IMG/VR virus record: IMGVR_UViG_3300035086_000100
Span: 35,060-99,059 of that record
Origin: a virus
Length of the DNA: 64,000 nt
Strand: one strand, 5' to 3'
This document shows positions 17,554 through 26,061 of the stretch, piece by piece. Positions within the stretch are counted from its first letter, which is position 1. Every line of letters begins with the position of its first letter. The translations under genes were made by a program, and so were the position numbers. The notes under the pieces were generated by a model. It had not been told where the DNA came from and searched no databases. It was given only the letters and a program-made list of their open reading frames with translations.

Positions 17554-17895
17554 ATGACCGCCGAGCCGCTCCCCGAACCGGATCTCGACACGCTGGCCCG
17601 CCATGTCCTGCCCGGCAAGATCGACGCCGTGGCCTACGGGCTGAGCGTCCTGCATGCCGACGTGCGGGCGATCCGGCTGACGCAGGGAGAGCACGGCCTG
17701 ATGCTCTCCGATCACGGCGAGATGCTGGCACGGCACGGCCTGCGGCTGGACTCGATCGATGCCACGCTCAGGCAGCACTCCGAGGCGCTGGGCGCGGCCG
17801 GGGAACGACTGGGAGCAATCGAGGCGAAGCTTGACGGGCACGGCGAGCTGCTGGCGGAGATCCTGCGGCGGCTCCCGGAGAAGCCTGAGGCGTGA
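17554..17895 (+). CDS. His-heptad coiled-coil protein
   Basis: HGLMLSD HGEMLAR HGLRLDS IDATLRQ HSEALGA..HGELLAE. Confidence 0.7.
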   Translation: MTAEPLPEPDLDTLARHVLPGKIDAVAYGLSVLHADVRAIRLTQGEHGLMLSDHGEMLARHGLRLDSIDATLRQHSEALGAAGERLGAIEAKLDGHGELLAEILRRLPEKPEA

Positions 17896-17933
17896 GGTAG
17901 AGCGCCGATGACGGTTTGATTCTGTCATTCCCT

Positions 17934-17973
17934 CAGCCCCGGTCCCCGGACGAGCCGGGAGTAGCCGGGGCTG
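17934..17973. terminator. GC-rich hairpin
   Basis: CAGCCCCGG..CCGGGGCTG after the operon end. Confidence 0.45.
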
Positions 17974-17997
17974 GCGCATCTCCGATGATCTCCCCTG

Positions 17998-18040
17998 TTG
18001 ACAGGTGCTAACCACCTATGCCAATATGGTGGTAAGCACC
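17998..18040 (+). promoter_or_regulatory. Promoter with palindromic operator
   Basis: TTGACA 17998-18003; GGTGCTAACCACC..GGTGGTAAGCACC dyad 18004-18040. Confidence 0.7.
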
Positions 18041-18057
18041 CAGGACAGGAGCAAGAG

Positions 18058-18360
18058 ATGCCAGCCATGTCAACACCAGTTATCGCGGCCAGCGAACTCA
18101 TCGACGAACTCGCCCGCCGCAGCTACGAGCCGCAGGAGGACGCGCCCGAGTTCATCCGCGCCGACCTGACATTCACCGTCCTGGATTCCGTGCTCGGCAC
18201 TGTCCGCGTGATCGTCGATGACGGGGTCGCGGTGATCGGTTTCGACCGGAACGGCGTCACGATGTGGTCGGCCCGCTTCGACAATGCCGCGCCGCTCGCT
18301 GCCATCGCCGGCGCGATCGACGCAGCCGAGGCCGATGCGAGAGTCGCGTTCGGTGCCTAA
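18058..18360 (+). CDS. Hypothetical protein
   Basis: RBS AGGAG; high GC3. Confidence 0.7.
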   Translation: MPAMSTPVIAASELIDELARRSYEPQEDAPEFIRADLTFTVLDSVLGTVRVIVDDGVAVIGFDRNGVTMWSARFDNAAPLAAIAGAIDAAEADARVAFGA

Positions 18361-18541
18361 CCAGCACAAGAACCCGATGCTCGCCTTCCACCCCGACGAC
18401 CCGAGCATCGGTGACTGGGCAAGGGCGGAAGCAGAACGGCGCGGAGTGGCGCTCAAGGTGGTCCTTGAGGAAGCCGTGACCGAGTACCGGGCATCACATG
18501 GCAACTCACCAGAGGGAACCCAGCAAGGAGAGCAGAAATGA
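18353..18541 (+). CDS. Ribbon-helix-helix protein
   Basis: PNQHKNPMLAFHP..WARAEAERRGVALKVVLEEAVTEY. Confidence 0.65.
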   Translation: MPNQHKNPMLAFHPDDPSIGDWARAEAERRGVALKVVLEEAVTEYRASHGNSPEGTQQGEQK

Positions 18542-18957
18542 CCGAGACGACCACCCGGACCGGACGCTTCCAGATCGGCACCGTGGAAATCACCCGGACG
18601 CGGATCTACCCGCTAGACCCGTGGCTGCCGGACCACGTCAAGGAGACCGCCGCTCAGGTGGTCGTCCAGCCCGGCACCTACCCGGTCTACCGGGACGGTC
18701 TGAGTTACTACTGGCGGATGACCGGGTTCCTGAACCACCGGCACTACCGCATGGGCGACGGCATGTTCGCCATCAACGCCGCCGACGTGCCCAGCGACGA
18801 TGACGTGGTGTTCTACTCGATGCGCTACGGCCCCGACGAGTGGGCCGAACTCCTCAACGGCTACGACACCGACCCGGACCCGAGGCTCATCTTCACGCTC
18901 AACCTGGGCGAGATGTGGCCGGTTCAGGGCGGCACCGAAGGAGAGCAGGAGCGATGA
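18538..18957 (+). CDS. Hypothetical protein
   Basis: RBS AAGGAG, ATGA coupling. Confidence 0.7.
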   Translation: MTETTTRTGRFQIGTVEITRTRIYPLDPWLPDHVKETAAQVVVQPGTYPVYRDGLSYYWRMTGFLNHRHYRMGDGMFAINAADVPSDDDVVFYSMRYGPDEWAELLNGYDTDPDPRLIFTLNLGEMWPVQGGTEGEQER

Positions 18958-19301
18958 CCGGGACGACTATTCAACTGCCGAGGCCGGCTAGCGGCGAGCA
19001 CCTGAACCGGATAGCGCGGGCGGCACCCGGCGCAAAAGACTCGGTCCTCGGCATGGCGATGGATGACGAATGGACTCCGGTCGCCGCCTACCCGGCACTG
19101 GAAGACGGCGCGGACGCGGCCGGCGCGGTCGTCTCGGTCATCCGCATGCCGGCGATGTTCTACCGGATCGCCAGCGAGGAAGCGGGCATCGACCTGACCA
19201 CCGGGACGGACATGCATGATCTCGCCCACGACATAGCCGAGGCGATCTGCGGCGGCATGCTCGGGGTGTCCGGGGATGACACAGGAGGCGAGCGGCCATG
19301 A
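18954..19301 (+). CDS. Hypothetical protein
   Basis: ATGA coupling. Confidence 0.6.
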   Translation: MTGTTIQLPRPASGEHLNRIARAAPGAKDSVLGMAMDDEWTPVAAYPALEDGADAAGAVVSVIRMPAMFYRIASEEAGIDLTTGTDMHDLAHDIAEAICGGMLGVSGDDTGGERP

Positions 19302-19555
19302 ATGCCTACGTGGACCGGGAGAGCTACTACGACCGGGAACTTGACGAACTGCACGCCCATGAGGCTAAGGAGGCTGCGATGGCAGGCCAGCCGAACACCA
19401 ACTACGACATTGCCGCAGACGCCCTGGACGGCCGGCTTGAGTATGACGCGGCACCCTGCGAGCGGGACCGGGAAGTCGCCGAAGCTCAGGCTTACGCGAC
19501 CCTGGCCCTGTGCGACGAAGTCCGGCGGCTGGCGGACGCGCTCGCCAGTCAGTAG
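19298..19555 (+). CDS. Hypothetical protein
   Basis: RBS AGGAGG, ATGA coupling. Confidence 0.6.
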   Translation: MNAYVDRESYYDRELDELHAHEAKEAAMAGQPNTNYDIAADALDGRLEYDAAPCERDREVAEAQAYATLALCDEVRRLADALASQ

Positions 19556-19578
19556 CGGGCGAAGCTGCCTAGCACGCG

Positions 19579-19650
19579 AAAAAGCACCCCCGGCCCCTCT
19601 GCGCCGTGCCCGCTGTTACCAGGCGCGGAACGAGGGAACCGGGGGTGCTT
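19579..19650. terminator. Long hairpin, probable terminator
   Basis: 12-bp perfect stem AAGCACCCCCGG 19582-93 / 19639-50 with flanking A-run. Confidence 0.6.
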
Positions 19651-19680
19651 CCGGTAGTGGTGCGGCGGTGGCAAATCGTC

Positions 19681-20028
19681 GCGCCAGCCAGCGTAGCAAG
19701 ACGGCGGATGACGGGAAGGGTGATCCGGTAGCCGCCCGGGACGCGGCTGGCGGGCGGGCGGCGCTCTTGCTACCGTGACCCTGCAGCGCAGCGAGAAAAG
19801 GATCAGCCCGCTACCGCGAACTCCCCGATCGCGGCGGCGGGCTGATCCGCTTCGCCGCCCCGGTGCAGGCCCGGAACCGGGGGATAAGGGGTTCCTGCCC
19901 CGCGGAGGGACGGCTTCCGCCCGGAGGACCGGAGCACGGGGGTGACTCCGCCTGGCCGGGCTGGATCCACTATCGCACGGCGTTGGCGGGCACGCAGCGA
20001 TTGGCGGGCGAAACGGCGTGGCTGGCGC
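19681..20028. ncRNA. Candidate structured non-coding element (~350 nt)
   Basis: Nested perfect helices 19681-90:20019-28, 19693-701:19765-73, 19800-11:19837-48 and shorter ones; no credible ORF. Confidence 0.35.
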
Positions 20029-20048
20029 CAGAATGTCCCGCGCTCAGG

Positions 20049-20100
20049 TACCTGTGCAAGGGCATCTGCCGACGTATCGGCAGAGATGCCTGCACAGATA
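20049..20100. other. Candidate attP for the serine integrase
   Basis: 52-bp imperfect dyad, 18/24 arm matches, centre GT at 20074-75, ends 10 bp before the integrase ATG. Confidence 0.7.
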
Positions 20101-20110
20101 CGATGCCGCG

Positions 20111-21499
20111 ATGAGTGAGGCACTGAGCGCCGCCGTGTACTGCCGCATGTCACTGGCCGTCATGGGCGACACGACGAAGGTCGAGGACCAGGAGCGGATC
20201 TGCCGGGAACTGTGCGAGCGGCTTGGCTGGCGGGTGCATGACGTGTACGCCGACAACAACAAGTCGGCGTGGCAGAAGAACCGCAAGCGCCCGGCCTGGG
20301 ACCGGATGCTCGCCGACGTCGACGCGGGCCTGATCGGCGCGATCGTGGTCTACCACGGCGACCGGCTGGTGCGGCGGCCTCAGGATCTCGCCAAACTCAT
20401 CGAGCTGGCCGACAGCAAGGGCCTGCGGCTGGCCTCGCCGACCGGCACGCGCAACCTCGACAACGGCGACGACCGGTTCATCGTGTGGATCGAGGCCGCC
20501 GCGCAGGAGCGCTCCTCCTATGACACGTCGCGGCGCAAGATCACCCAGTACGAGCGGATGCGGCGTGAAGGCAAGGTGCGCCCTGGCGGCAGGGGCGGCC
20601 GGTCCTACGGCTTCCGGGGCGACAACCTGACGATGATCGAGTCGGAGGCCGCGAACCTGCGGGAGGCCGCCGCCCGGATCCTGGGCGGGGAGGGCGCCGG
20701 GGCGGTCGCCGCCGACTTCACCGCGCGGGGCATCGTGACCCAGACCGGGATCCCGTTCACCTACGCCACCTTGCCGCAGCTCCTCAAGCGCCCGCGGTAC
20801 GCGGGCCTGATGCCGGACGGGGTACAGCAGGCGGCATGGGAGCCGGTGCTGGAGCGGTCGCAGTGGGAGGCGCTGCGCGCGGTGCTCGGAAACCGGTCGG
20901 CCGGGTACGGGTACGCGGTGAACTCGCGCCGCTACCTGCTGTCCGGGATCGCCGAGTGCGGGTTCGGGGACTGCGGGGCGCCGCTGCAGATCCGGCACAC
21001 CCGGGTCCGCGGCGACGGGCCGCCGAACGTCGGCTACGCCTGCATCAGGCCGGGCTGCCGCAAGACCTACCGGTCGCGGGTGATGCTCGACGCCTACGTG
21101 AGCCAGCGGGTGGTCTCGCTGCTGAACCAGGAAGGCAACCCGGAGCCGGCGGCGCCGCGGACGCCGGGGCTGGCCGAGCGGTACGCGGCGGCGGACGCGC
21201 AGCGCCGCGAGATCGAGGAGGTTCTCGCCGACCCGTCGCGGGGGTCGGTCCCGGCGCTGCTGAAGCGGCTGGACCGGGTGAACGCGACGCTGGCGGAACT
21301 GAGGGACCTGTCGGCGGGCGACGCCCGGTCCCGGCTCAGGACCCGGTACGCGGGCCTGACCCTGGAGGAGTTCAGGGGCCTGCCGCTGGCGGTGCGCCGC
21401 TCGCTGGTGGCCGCCTACTTCCGGGTCGTCGTCCTGCCGTCGTCGAAGAAAGGGCCGGGGTTCCGCACCGAGGACGTCCGGATGATCCCGCGCGGCTGA
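20111..21499 (+). CDS. int: Large serine recombinase (integrase)
   Basis: YCRMS catalytic Ser, DRLVR, recombinase domain (YG..RYAG), Zn ribbon LLSGIAECG..C..YAC..C, coiled coil. Confidence 0.95.
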   Translation: MSEALSAAVYCRMSLAVMGDTTKVEDQERICRELCERLGWRVHDVYADNNKSAWQKNRKRPAWDRMLADVDAGLIGAIVVYHGDRLVRRPQDLAKLIELADSKGLRLASPTGTRNLDNGDDRFIVWIEAAAQERSSYDTSRRKITQYERMRREGKVRPGGRGGRSYGFRGDNLTMIESEAANLREAAARILGGEGAGAVAADFTARGIVTQTGIPFTYATLPQLLKRPRYAGLMPDGVQQAAWEPVLERSQWEALRAVLGNRSAGYGYAVNSRRYLLSGIAECGFGDCGAPLQIRHTRVRGDGPPNVGYACIRPGCRKTYRSRVMLDAYVSQRVVSLLNQEGNPEPAAPRTPGLAERYAAADAQRREIEEVLADPSRGSVPALLKRLDRVNATLAELRDLSAGDARSRLRTRYAGLTLEEFRGLPLAVRRSLVAAYFRVVVLPSSKKGPGFRTEDVRMIPRG

Positions 21500-21671
21500 C
21501 CTGCCGTTTCCGGAATGGGCGGGTAATCGGTCCGGTGCTGCAAAGTAAGCCTTGCACATTGCGTGACGACCTGATTACATATCGTGAGCTTGCCTGAAGG
21601 GCGACTCCGGACCCCGGCCGCCCTGCTTGCAAACGGCGGGCACGTGCCGACCGGGGGAGGACACGCGCAAC

Positions 21672-21956
21672 ATGGGTTACAGGCTCGAAACGGGGATGAG
21701 AACGGCGCTCGGATGGGCGTCGGCCGCATTGTGGGTTGCCGCGGCGGGGGAGACCCTGGCCGGCGTGCGGGCGAACCTGGTGATCGCGACCGGGCTGATC
21801 GCGCTCGCGGCGAGGGAAAGGCCCGGGAGGCGGCTGCAGGACACGGGGCCGACCGAGCAGGACTACCGCAAGGTCATCCGTGCCTACGATGCCGCGACCC
21901 GCCCGGATCCGTCGCGTGCGGCCGGTCCTCAGGCTCAGCTTCGTTCCGTTCGATGA
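21672..21956 (+). CDS. Small membrane protein
   Basis: RBS GGAGG; two hydrophobic segments. Confidence 0.45.
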   Translation: MGYRLETGMRTALGWASAALWVAAAGETLAGVRANLVIATGLIALAARERPGRRLQDTGPTEQDYRKVIRAYDAATRPDPSRAAGPQAQLRSVR

Positions 21957-22233
21957 ACGCGATGGCCTGCGCCCCGCGTTCCGGCCCCAGCTCGTCCAGC
22001 AGGATCGCGCGGCCGGCGGGGCTCAGGCCCGCATCCCGCCTGTCGTCATCCAGGCTGATGCCGAGAACTTCCTCAAGCGCGCCGATGGAGGACTTCGGCT
22101 GAGAGCGCCCGTTCTCCCAGTCGTTCACCGTCCGCACCCCGACGCTCAGCTCGGCGGCTAGCCGCTGCTGGGTCCACCTTTTCCGCTCGCGGGCACGGCG
22201 GATTCGCTTGCCCAGCGTGGGCTCTGGTCGCAT
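21874..22233 (-). CDS. XRE-family immunity repressor
   Basis: LGKRIRRARERKRWTQQRLAAELSVGVRTVNDWENGRSQP. Confidence 0.9.
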   Translation of the reverse strand: MRPEPTLGKRIRRARERKRWTQQRLAAELSVGVRTVNDWENGRSQPKSSIGALEEVLGISLDDDRRDAGLSPAGRAILLDELGPERGAQAIAFIERNEAEPEDRPHATDPGGSRHRRHG

Positions 22234-22240
22234 GCGCCTA

Positions 22241-22372
22241 ATCATGGTGGCGCGTGTCTGGGCAGGTCAAGGCACTTGGCCGCACTTCACGGCGACATTT
22301 CCCGCTACGCGAACCTGCCGCGACCTGCCGGTTCCCGCTTGACTCTGTGCCCCAACATGCCTAGTCTCGCTC
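22241..22372. promoter_or_regulatory. Divergent repressor/cro promoters
   Basis: + strand TTGACT 22339-44, 17 bp, TAGTCT 22362-67; - strand TTGACC 22270-65, 18 bp, CATGAT; ACCTGCC repeats between. Confidence 0.7.
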
Positions 22373-22603
22373 ATGACAAGGCAGGAACCGGCAGCTACAG
22401 GAGCAGCGTTGGACACCTATCTGACCAGAGCGGAAGTCTGCGAGCGGCTCCAGATCTCCCGCGAGACATTCCGCAAGCTCGTCCTCAGGGGCGCCTTCCC
22501 CGTGACCCGGCTCGGTGCCTTCCCGCAAGGCCACCTCCGGGTCAGCGAGCGCGCACTGACGGACTACATGAGCGGCGGCAAGGCGCAGGTAAAGGCGTCA
22601 TGA
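22373..22603 (+). CDS. Cro/excisionase-like HTH_17 protein
   Basis: YLTRAEVCERLQISRETFRKLV..LRVSERALTDY. Confidence 0.85.
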   Translation: MTRQEPAATGAALDTYLTRAEVCERLQISRETFRKLVLRGAFPVTRLGAFPQGHLRVSERALTDYMSGGKAQVKAS

Positions 22604-23127
22604 CTCACCCCCTCACCGAATTCGCCCACTCGCGGCGGCGCGCACCGTACGTAAGCAGCGGGGTTCTGGTTTCCCCTGTGACGCTCAAGGCCGGGCTGGC
22701 CGTGGCGAGAGTTGGGGCGCTCGTCCATCACGTCGGCGCGGCGGCTTCCGTTCTCAACGGCGACCGCATCCAGTACGGCGCTCAGTGGCTGTGCAACTCG
22801 GGCGCGAACGACGTGATCTTGCTCGCGGACGTCAGCGCCCACAGCGGCCAAGCGTGCGTCCGGTGTGCCGACAAGGCCGCCGGGAGCTTCATCTACCGCT
22901 GCTTCGGCGAGGCTGACCTGCTGCTCTACATCGGCAGCACTGCCGGATATGCCGCACGGATGAAGCGGCACGCAGCGAAATCGGCTTGGTGGCCCGACGT
23001 CGCGCGCATCACGAAGGAGGGGTACGGGTCGATCTCGGAGGCTCGTGCCGCCGAACGGCGTGCCATCCGAGCCGAGGTACCGCAGCACAACAGCCATCGG
23101 TACGCGGCCGAGGCGGTGGCGTCATGA
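22600..23127 (+). CDS. Zn-binding N-terminus + GIY-YIG nuclease domain
   Basis: FIYRCF..LLYIGST..RMKRH..WW..AERRAI..P.HN. Confidence 0.75.
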   Translation: MTHPLTEFAHSRRRAPYVSSGVLVSPVTLKAGLAVARVGALVHHVGAAASVLNGDRIQYGAQWLCNSGANDVILLADVSAHSGQACVRCADKAAGSFIYRCFGEADLLLYIGSTAGYAARMKRHAAKSAWWPDVARITKEGYGSISEARAAERRAIRAEVPQHNSHRYAAEAVAS

Positions 23128-23300
23128 CCACCTGTAGGACCGTCGCAGAAGTCACCGAGGCCGCCAGGGAAGACGCGGCGAGGGAAGACCAGCCGCTCAC
23201 TCAGCCCCAGGCCGACTTCTGGGCCGCACTCACCGCCCCGCATCGCAAGCCGCCCGAGAGCGCTGACCAGCCGGGCGAAGCCGCCCCCGAGGCCGCCTAG
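23124..23300 (+). CDS. Small hypothetical protein
   Basis: ATGA coupling. Confidence 0.5.
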   Translation: MTTCRTVAEVTEAAREDAAREDQPLTQPQADFWAALTAPHRKPPESADQPGEAAPEAA

Positions 23301-23399
23301 GGCACGAAAAAAACCGGCCCGCCCTGCGGCAAACAGGACGGGACCGGGAGGGCTTCAGAGGCCCCAGGCAAGACAAACGGTAGCAGAGAGGACCAGGCA

Positions 23400-23921
23400 A
23401 TGCACGCACGATCGGCAGCGACGGTAGCTGCGCTAGAGGCCGAGGTCGGCCGTCAGCTGACCGGGCCCGAGGTCGGGGCCATGTTCCGGGTCGACCCCAA
23501 GACCGTGACCCGCTGGGCACGCCAGGGCAAGCTCACGGCGGGCAGGACCCCGGGCGGGCGGCGGCTGTACAGCGAGCGGGAGGTCGCGGATCTCCTGCGC
23601 AGGCAGACCTGCCATCCGGCGCCCGGTCAGCCCGTCCGGCCCGTCCTGCCCGTGAAGGCAGGCCCGACAGCCGAGACGCTGGCCGAGGTAGCGGCGCTGA
23701 ACGCCGACTACCCGGGCTGGCACGTGTGGCTGTCCGACGCCGGGATGGTGTACGCCACGTGCAACCGGCCCTCCGCCGTGGACCCGGGGCAGGCCGGGCT
23801 GACCGAGCACGCGGACGCGCCGTGGCGGATGCGGGCGGTCCTGGCCGGGTTCGAGACCGCTGACCGGGAGAAGGCGCGGCGGTCAAGCGCTGACGCGATG
23901 CTCGCCGCGTGGAGTGCCTGA
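23400..23921 (+). CDS. BldC-family MerR-like HTH fused to a second domain
   Basis: LTGPEVGAMFRVDPKTVTRWARQGKL..RTPGG, nearly identical to the BldC signature. Confidence 0.85.
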   Translation: MHARSAATVAALEAEVGRQLTGPEVGAMFRVDPKTVTRWARQGKLTAGRTPGGRRLYSEREVADLLRRQTCHPAPGQPVRPVLPVKAGPTAETLAEVAALNADYPGWHVWLSDAGMVYATCNRPSAVDPGQAGLTEHADAPWRMRAVLAGFETADREKARRSSADAMLAAWSA

Positions 23922-24885
23922 TGCCCGCCATCCACGTCGCCAGCGCCGCCGAGCCAGCAATCCGTGTTCTGAGCCTCGGTGCCGGAGTGCAGTCGACCAC
24001 GCTGCTGCTGATGTCGCTTGAGGGCATCCTGCCGAAGCTGGACTACGCGATCTTCGCCGACACCGACTGGGAGCCGAAGCGGGTCTACGACCACCTTGAC
24101 CTTGTAACCGAAGCGGCAGCAAGTGCGGGGCTTCCCGTGCTGCGCGTCAGTAGCGGCAACCTCCGGGCCGACACGATCGACCCAGTCCACCGATACGCGT
24201 CGATCCCGTACTTCATCAAGAACGCCGACGGCAGCCTCGGCATGGGGCGCCGGCAGTGCACCAGCGAATACAAGCTGGCCCCGATCCGCCGCAAGGTCCG
24301 CGAACTGCTCGGCGCTAACGCACCCGACTTCAGGCGAGTTCCGAGAGGCCGGGTAGCAGAGCAGTGGGTCGGCTTCAGCGCTGACGAGATCGGGCGCGTT
24401 AACGACAGCTACAGCGTCCTGTACCAGCGGGCCGCGTACCCGCTGCTTGACCTTGGCATGGACCGCAAGGCATGCGAGCGGTGGCTGCGGTCGCGCGGCT
24501 GGACCTCGGTAGCCAAGAGCGCATGCATCGGGTGCCCGTTCCACGGCAACAAGCAATGGCGCGACCTCCGCGACAACAATCCCGCCGAATGGGCGGACGC
24601 GGTGGAGTTTGACCGCGCCATCCGGAAAGGCGGCGGCAAGGGCATCCCGCTGAACGGCGAGGCATTCCTGCATTCGTCGCGCGTGCCGCTCGATATCGCG
24701 CCCATCGACCGGGTCACCTCGGCTGAGTGGAAATCCCGCCAGGGTGACCTCCTCGACATCATCGCCGATGAGGAGATGGCCGAGCAGGGCAACCCTGACG
24801 GCTGCTCGCCTTACGGCTGCCGCTCCGGTGCACGGCTGGGTGGTGCTGCCTGATGCCCGCCATCCACATCGCCAGCGCCGCCGAG
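23915..24885 (+). repeat. 39-bp direct repeat (23915-23953; 24847-24885)
   Basis: TGCCTGATGCCCGCCATCCAC(G/A)TCGCCAGCGCCGCCGAG, one mismatch. Confidence 0.9.
23921..24853 (+). CDS. PAPS-reductase/adenine-nucleotide alpha-hydrolase-like protein (putative DNA modification)
   Basis: SLGAGVQST, FADT.WE, RQCT..YK, YPL, KSACIGCPF. Confidence 0.8.
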   Translation: MPAIHVASAAEPAIRVLSLGAGVQSTTLLLMSLEGILPKLDYAIFADTDWEPKRVYDHLDLVTEAAASAGLPVLRVSSGNLRADTIDPVHRYASIPYFIKNADGSLGMGRRQCTSEYKLAPIRRKVRELLGANAPDFRRVPRGRVAEQWVGFSADEIGRVNDSYSVLYQRAAYPLLDLGMDRKACERWLRSRGWTSVAKSACIGCPFHGNKQWRDLRDNNPAEWADAVEFDRAIRKGGGKGIPLNGEAFLHSSRVPLDIAPIDRVTSAEWKSRQGDLLDIIADEEMAEQGNPDGCSPYGCRSGARLGGAA

Positions 24886-25101
24886 AGGCCGGATACCCGC
24901 CATGAGTGCCCGTGCTGCCGCAGGAACCTGCCCGCCCCGCTGTTCATGTGCTCGGGCTGCGAGCGGGCGGTTCCGAAGCGGACCAGGGACGCGATGGCCG
25001 CAGCCGTGGAGCGGGACGACCGCGAGGCGTGGACGGTCCTGCGATCTCAGGCCGTCACCGAAGTCACCGCCAAGCTCGCAGCAAGGAAGGCAGCAGCATG
25101 A
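24853..25101 (+). CDS. Small Zn-finger protein
   Basis: HECPCC..MCSGC. Confidence 0.55.
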   Translation: MPAIHIASAAERPDTRHECPCCRRNLPAPLFMCSGCERAVPKRTRDAMAAAVERDDREAWTVLRSQAVTEVTAKLAARKAAA

Positions 25102-25535
25102 CCACCACGACGCAGGTGTCCGATACCCCGGTCGCCGAGGAGACCCTGAAAGCGCTGGGCCTGACGGTCCTGTACGGGCCGCTGCCGGGGGAGCCGGGAG
25201 GCCCGCCGCTGCCGGAAGGGCGCCGTGTCCGGGGGGTGTGGGAGGCCATCGCGGTCTACGCGGCACGGCACGGCGGGCCGGTGATGCGCCCGGAAGTCAA
25301 GCCGGCGATCGTCGCGGAGCCCGAGACAGGCCCCTTGCCGCCCTCATGGCAGAGGCAACTGGGGGCGTACCGGCGGATGGCCGGTTCCGTGCCCGTAACG
25401 CCAGCCGATCCGGTGCTGCCCGGTGACGACCCGGAGCCAGCCCAGCCCGTGATGCCCGCCGGGCAAGAGGACGGCTGGGACTGCTCGATGACTGCCGTGC
25501 TGCCGCGCGTAACGGAGCAAGGGGGGACGCCGTGA
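25098..25535 (+). CDS. Hypothetical protein
   Basis: ATGA coupling. Confidence 0.55.
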   Translation: MTTTTQVSDTPVAEETLKALGLTVLYGPLPGEPGGPPLPEGRRVRGVWEAIAVYAARHGGPVMRPEVKPAIVAEPETGPLPPSWQRQLGAYRRMAGSVPVTPADPVLPGDDPEPAQPVMPAGQEDGWDCSMTAVLPRVTEQGGTP

Positions 25536-25750
25536 GCGCCGGGATGTTCCAGGGACCGAAGTTCGCCGGCCTCGGCGGGCTCAGGCACTTCGGGCAGCCC
25601 GACCCCGTGCCCGACCCGGTGTCATGGCGGGGATTCTCCCCGGTCCAGCGGAACGCCGCCTGGGACCGCCTCGCTGACGCGACCGCCAACGGCACTCCCG
25701 CCGAGATGGCCAGCGCCCGCGAGTACCTGATCAACGGGCCGGCGTCATGA
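25532..25750 (+). CDS. Hypothetical protein
   Basis: GTGA coupling. Confidence 0.55.
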   Translation: MSAGMFQGPKFAGLGGLRHFGQPDPVPDPVSWRGFSPVQRNAAWDRLADATANGTPAEMASAREYLINGPAS

Positions 25751-26061
25751 GCGCGGTCACCGTCCCGGCGATGCTCCGGGGCTTCGCGCGGGCCAACGAC
25801 GAGCGCTCCCGGTCGGCTGGGGAACGCGACCGGAACACCGCCCGCATCATCCTCGACGACGAGCGGCTGTGCGACGTGCCGGAGTCCTGGGTGGTCATCG
25901 CCCATGCGCGGGCGGAGCATCCCGAGACCGATTCGTGGGCTGAGATCGGCGAGGCCCTCGGATGGACCAAGGACCGCGCCCTCGCGTGCTGGCGGCGGCT
26001 CATCGTCTCGCTGGGCTACGCCGAACCGAAGCCGGCTTACCACGTTAAGGACCGCTCATGA
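25747..26061 (+). CDS. Stand-alone WhiA C-terminal HTH homologue
   Basis: F..AN..RS..A..VPE....A..R.EHP..S.AEIG....TKD.....RRL follows the WhiA HTH pattern. Confidence 0.7.
   Translation: MSAVTVPAMLRGFARANDERSRSAGERDRNTARIILDDERLCDVPESWVVIAHARAEHPETDSWAEIGEALGWTKDRALACWRRLIVSLGYAEPKPAYHVKDRS

Noticed and set aside
19681-20028. Bridge/guide RNA for the recombinase
   Set aside because: The integrase is a conventional large serine recombinase with DNA-binding domains, and I saw no loop complementary to attP.
20018-20110. Upstream extension of the integrase ORF
   Set aside because: It runs through the attP dyad; the catalytic domain begins just after ATG 20111.
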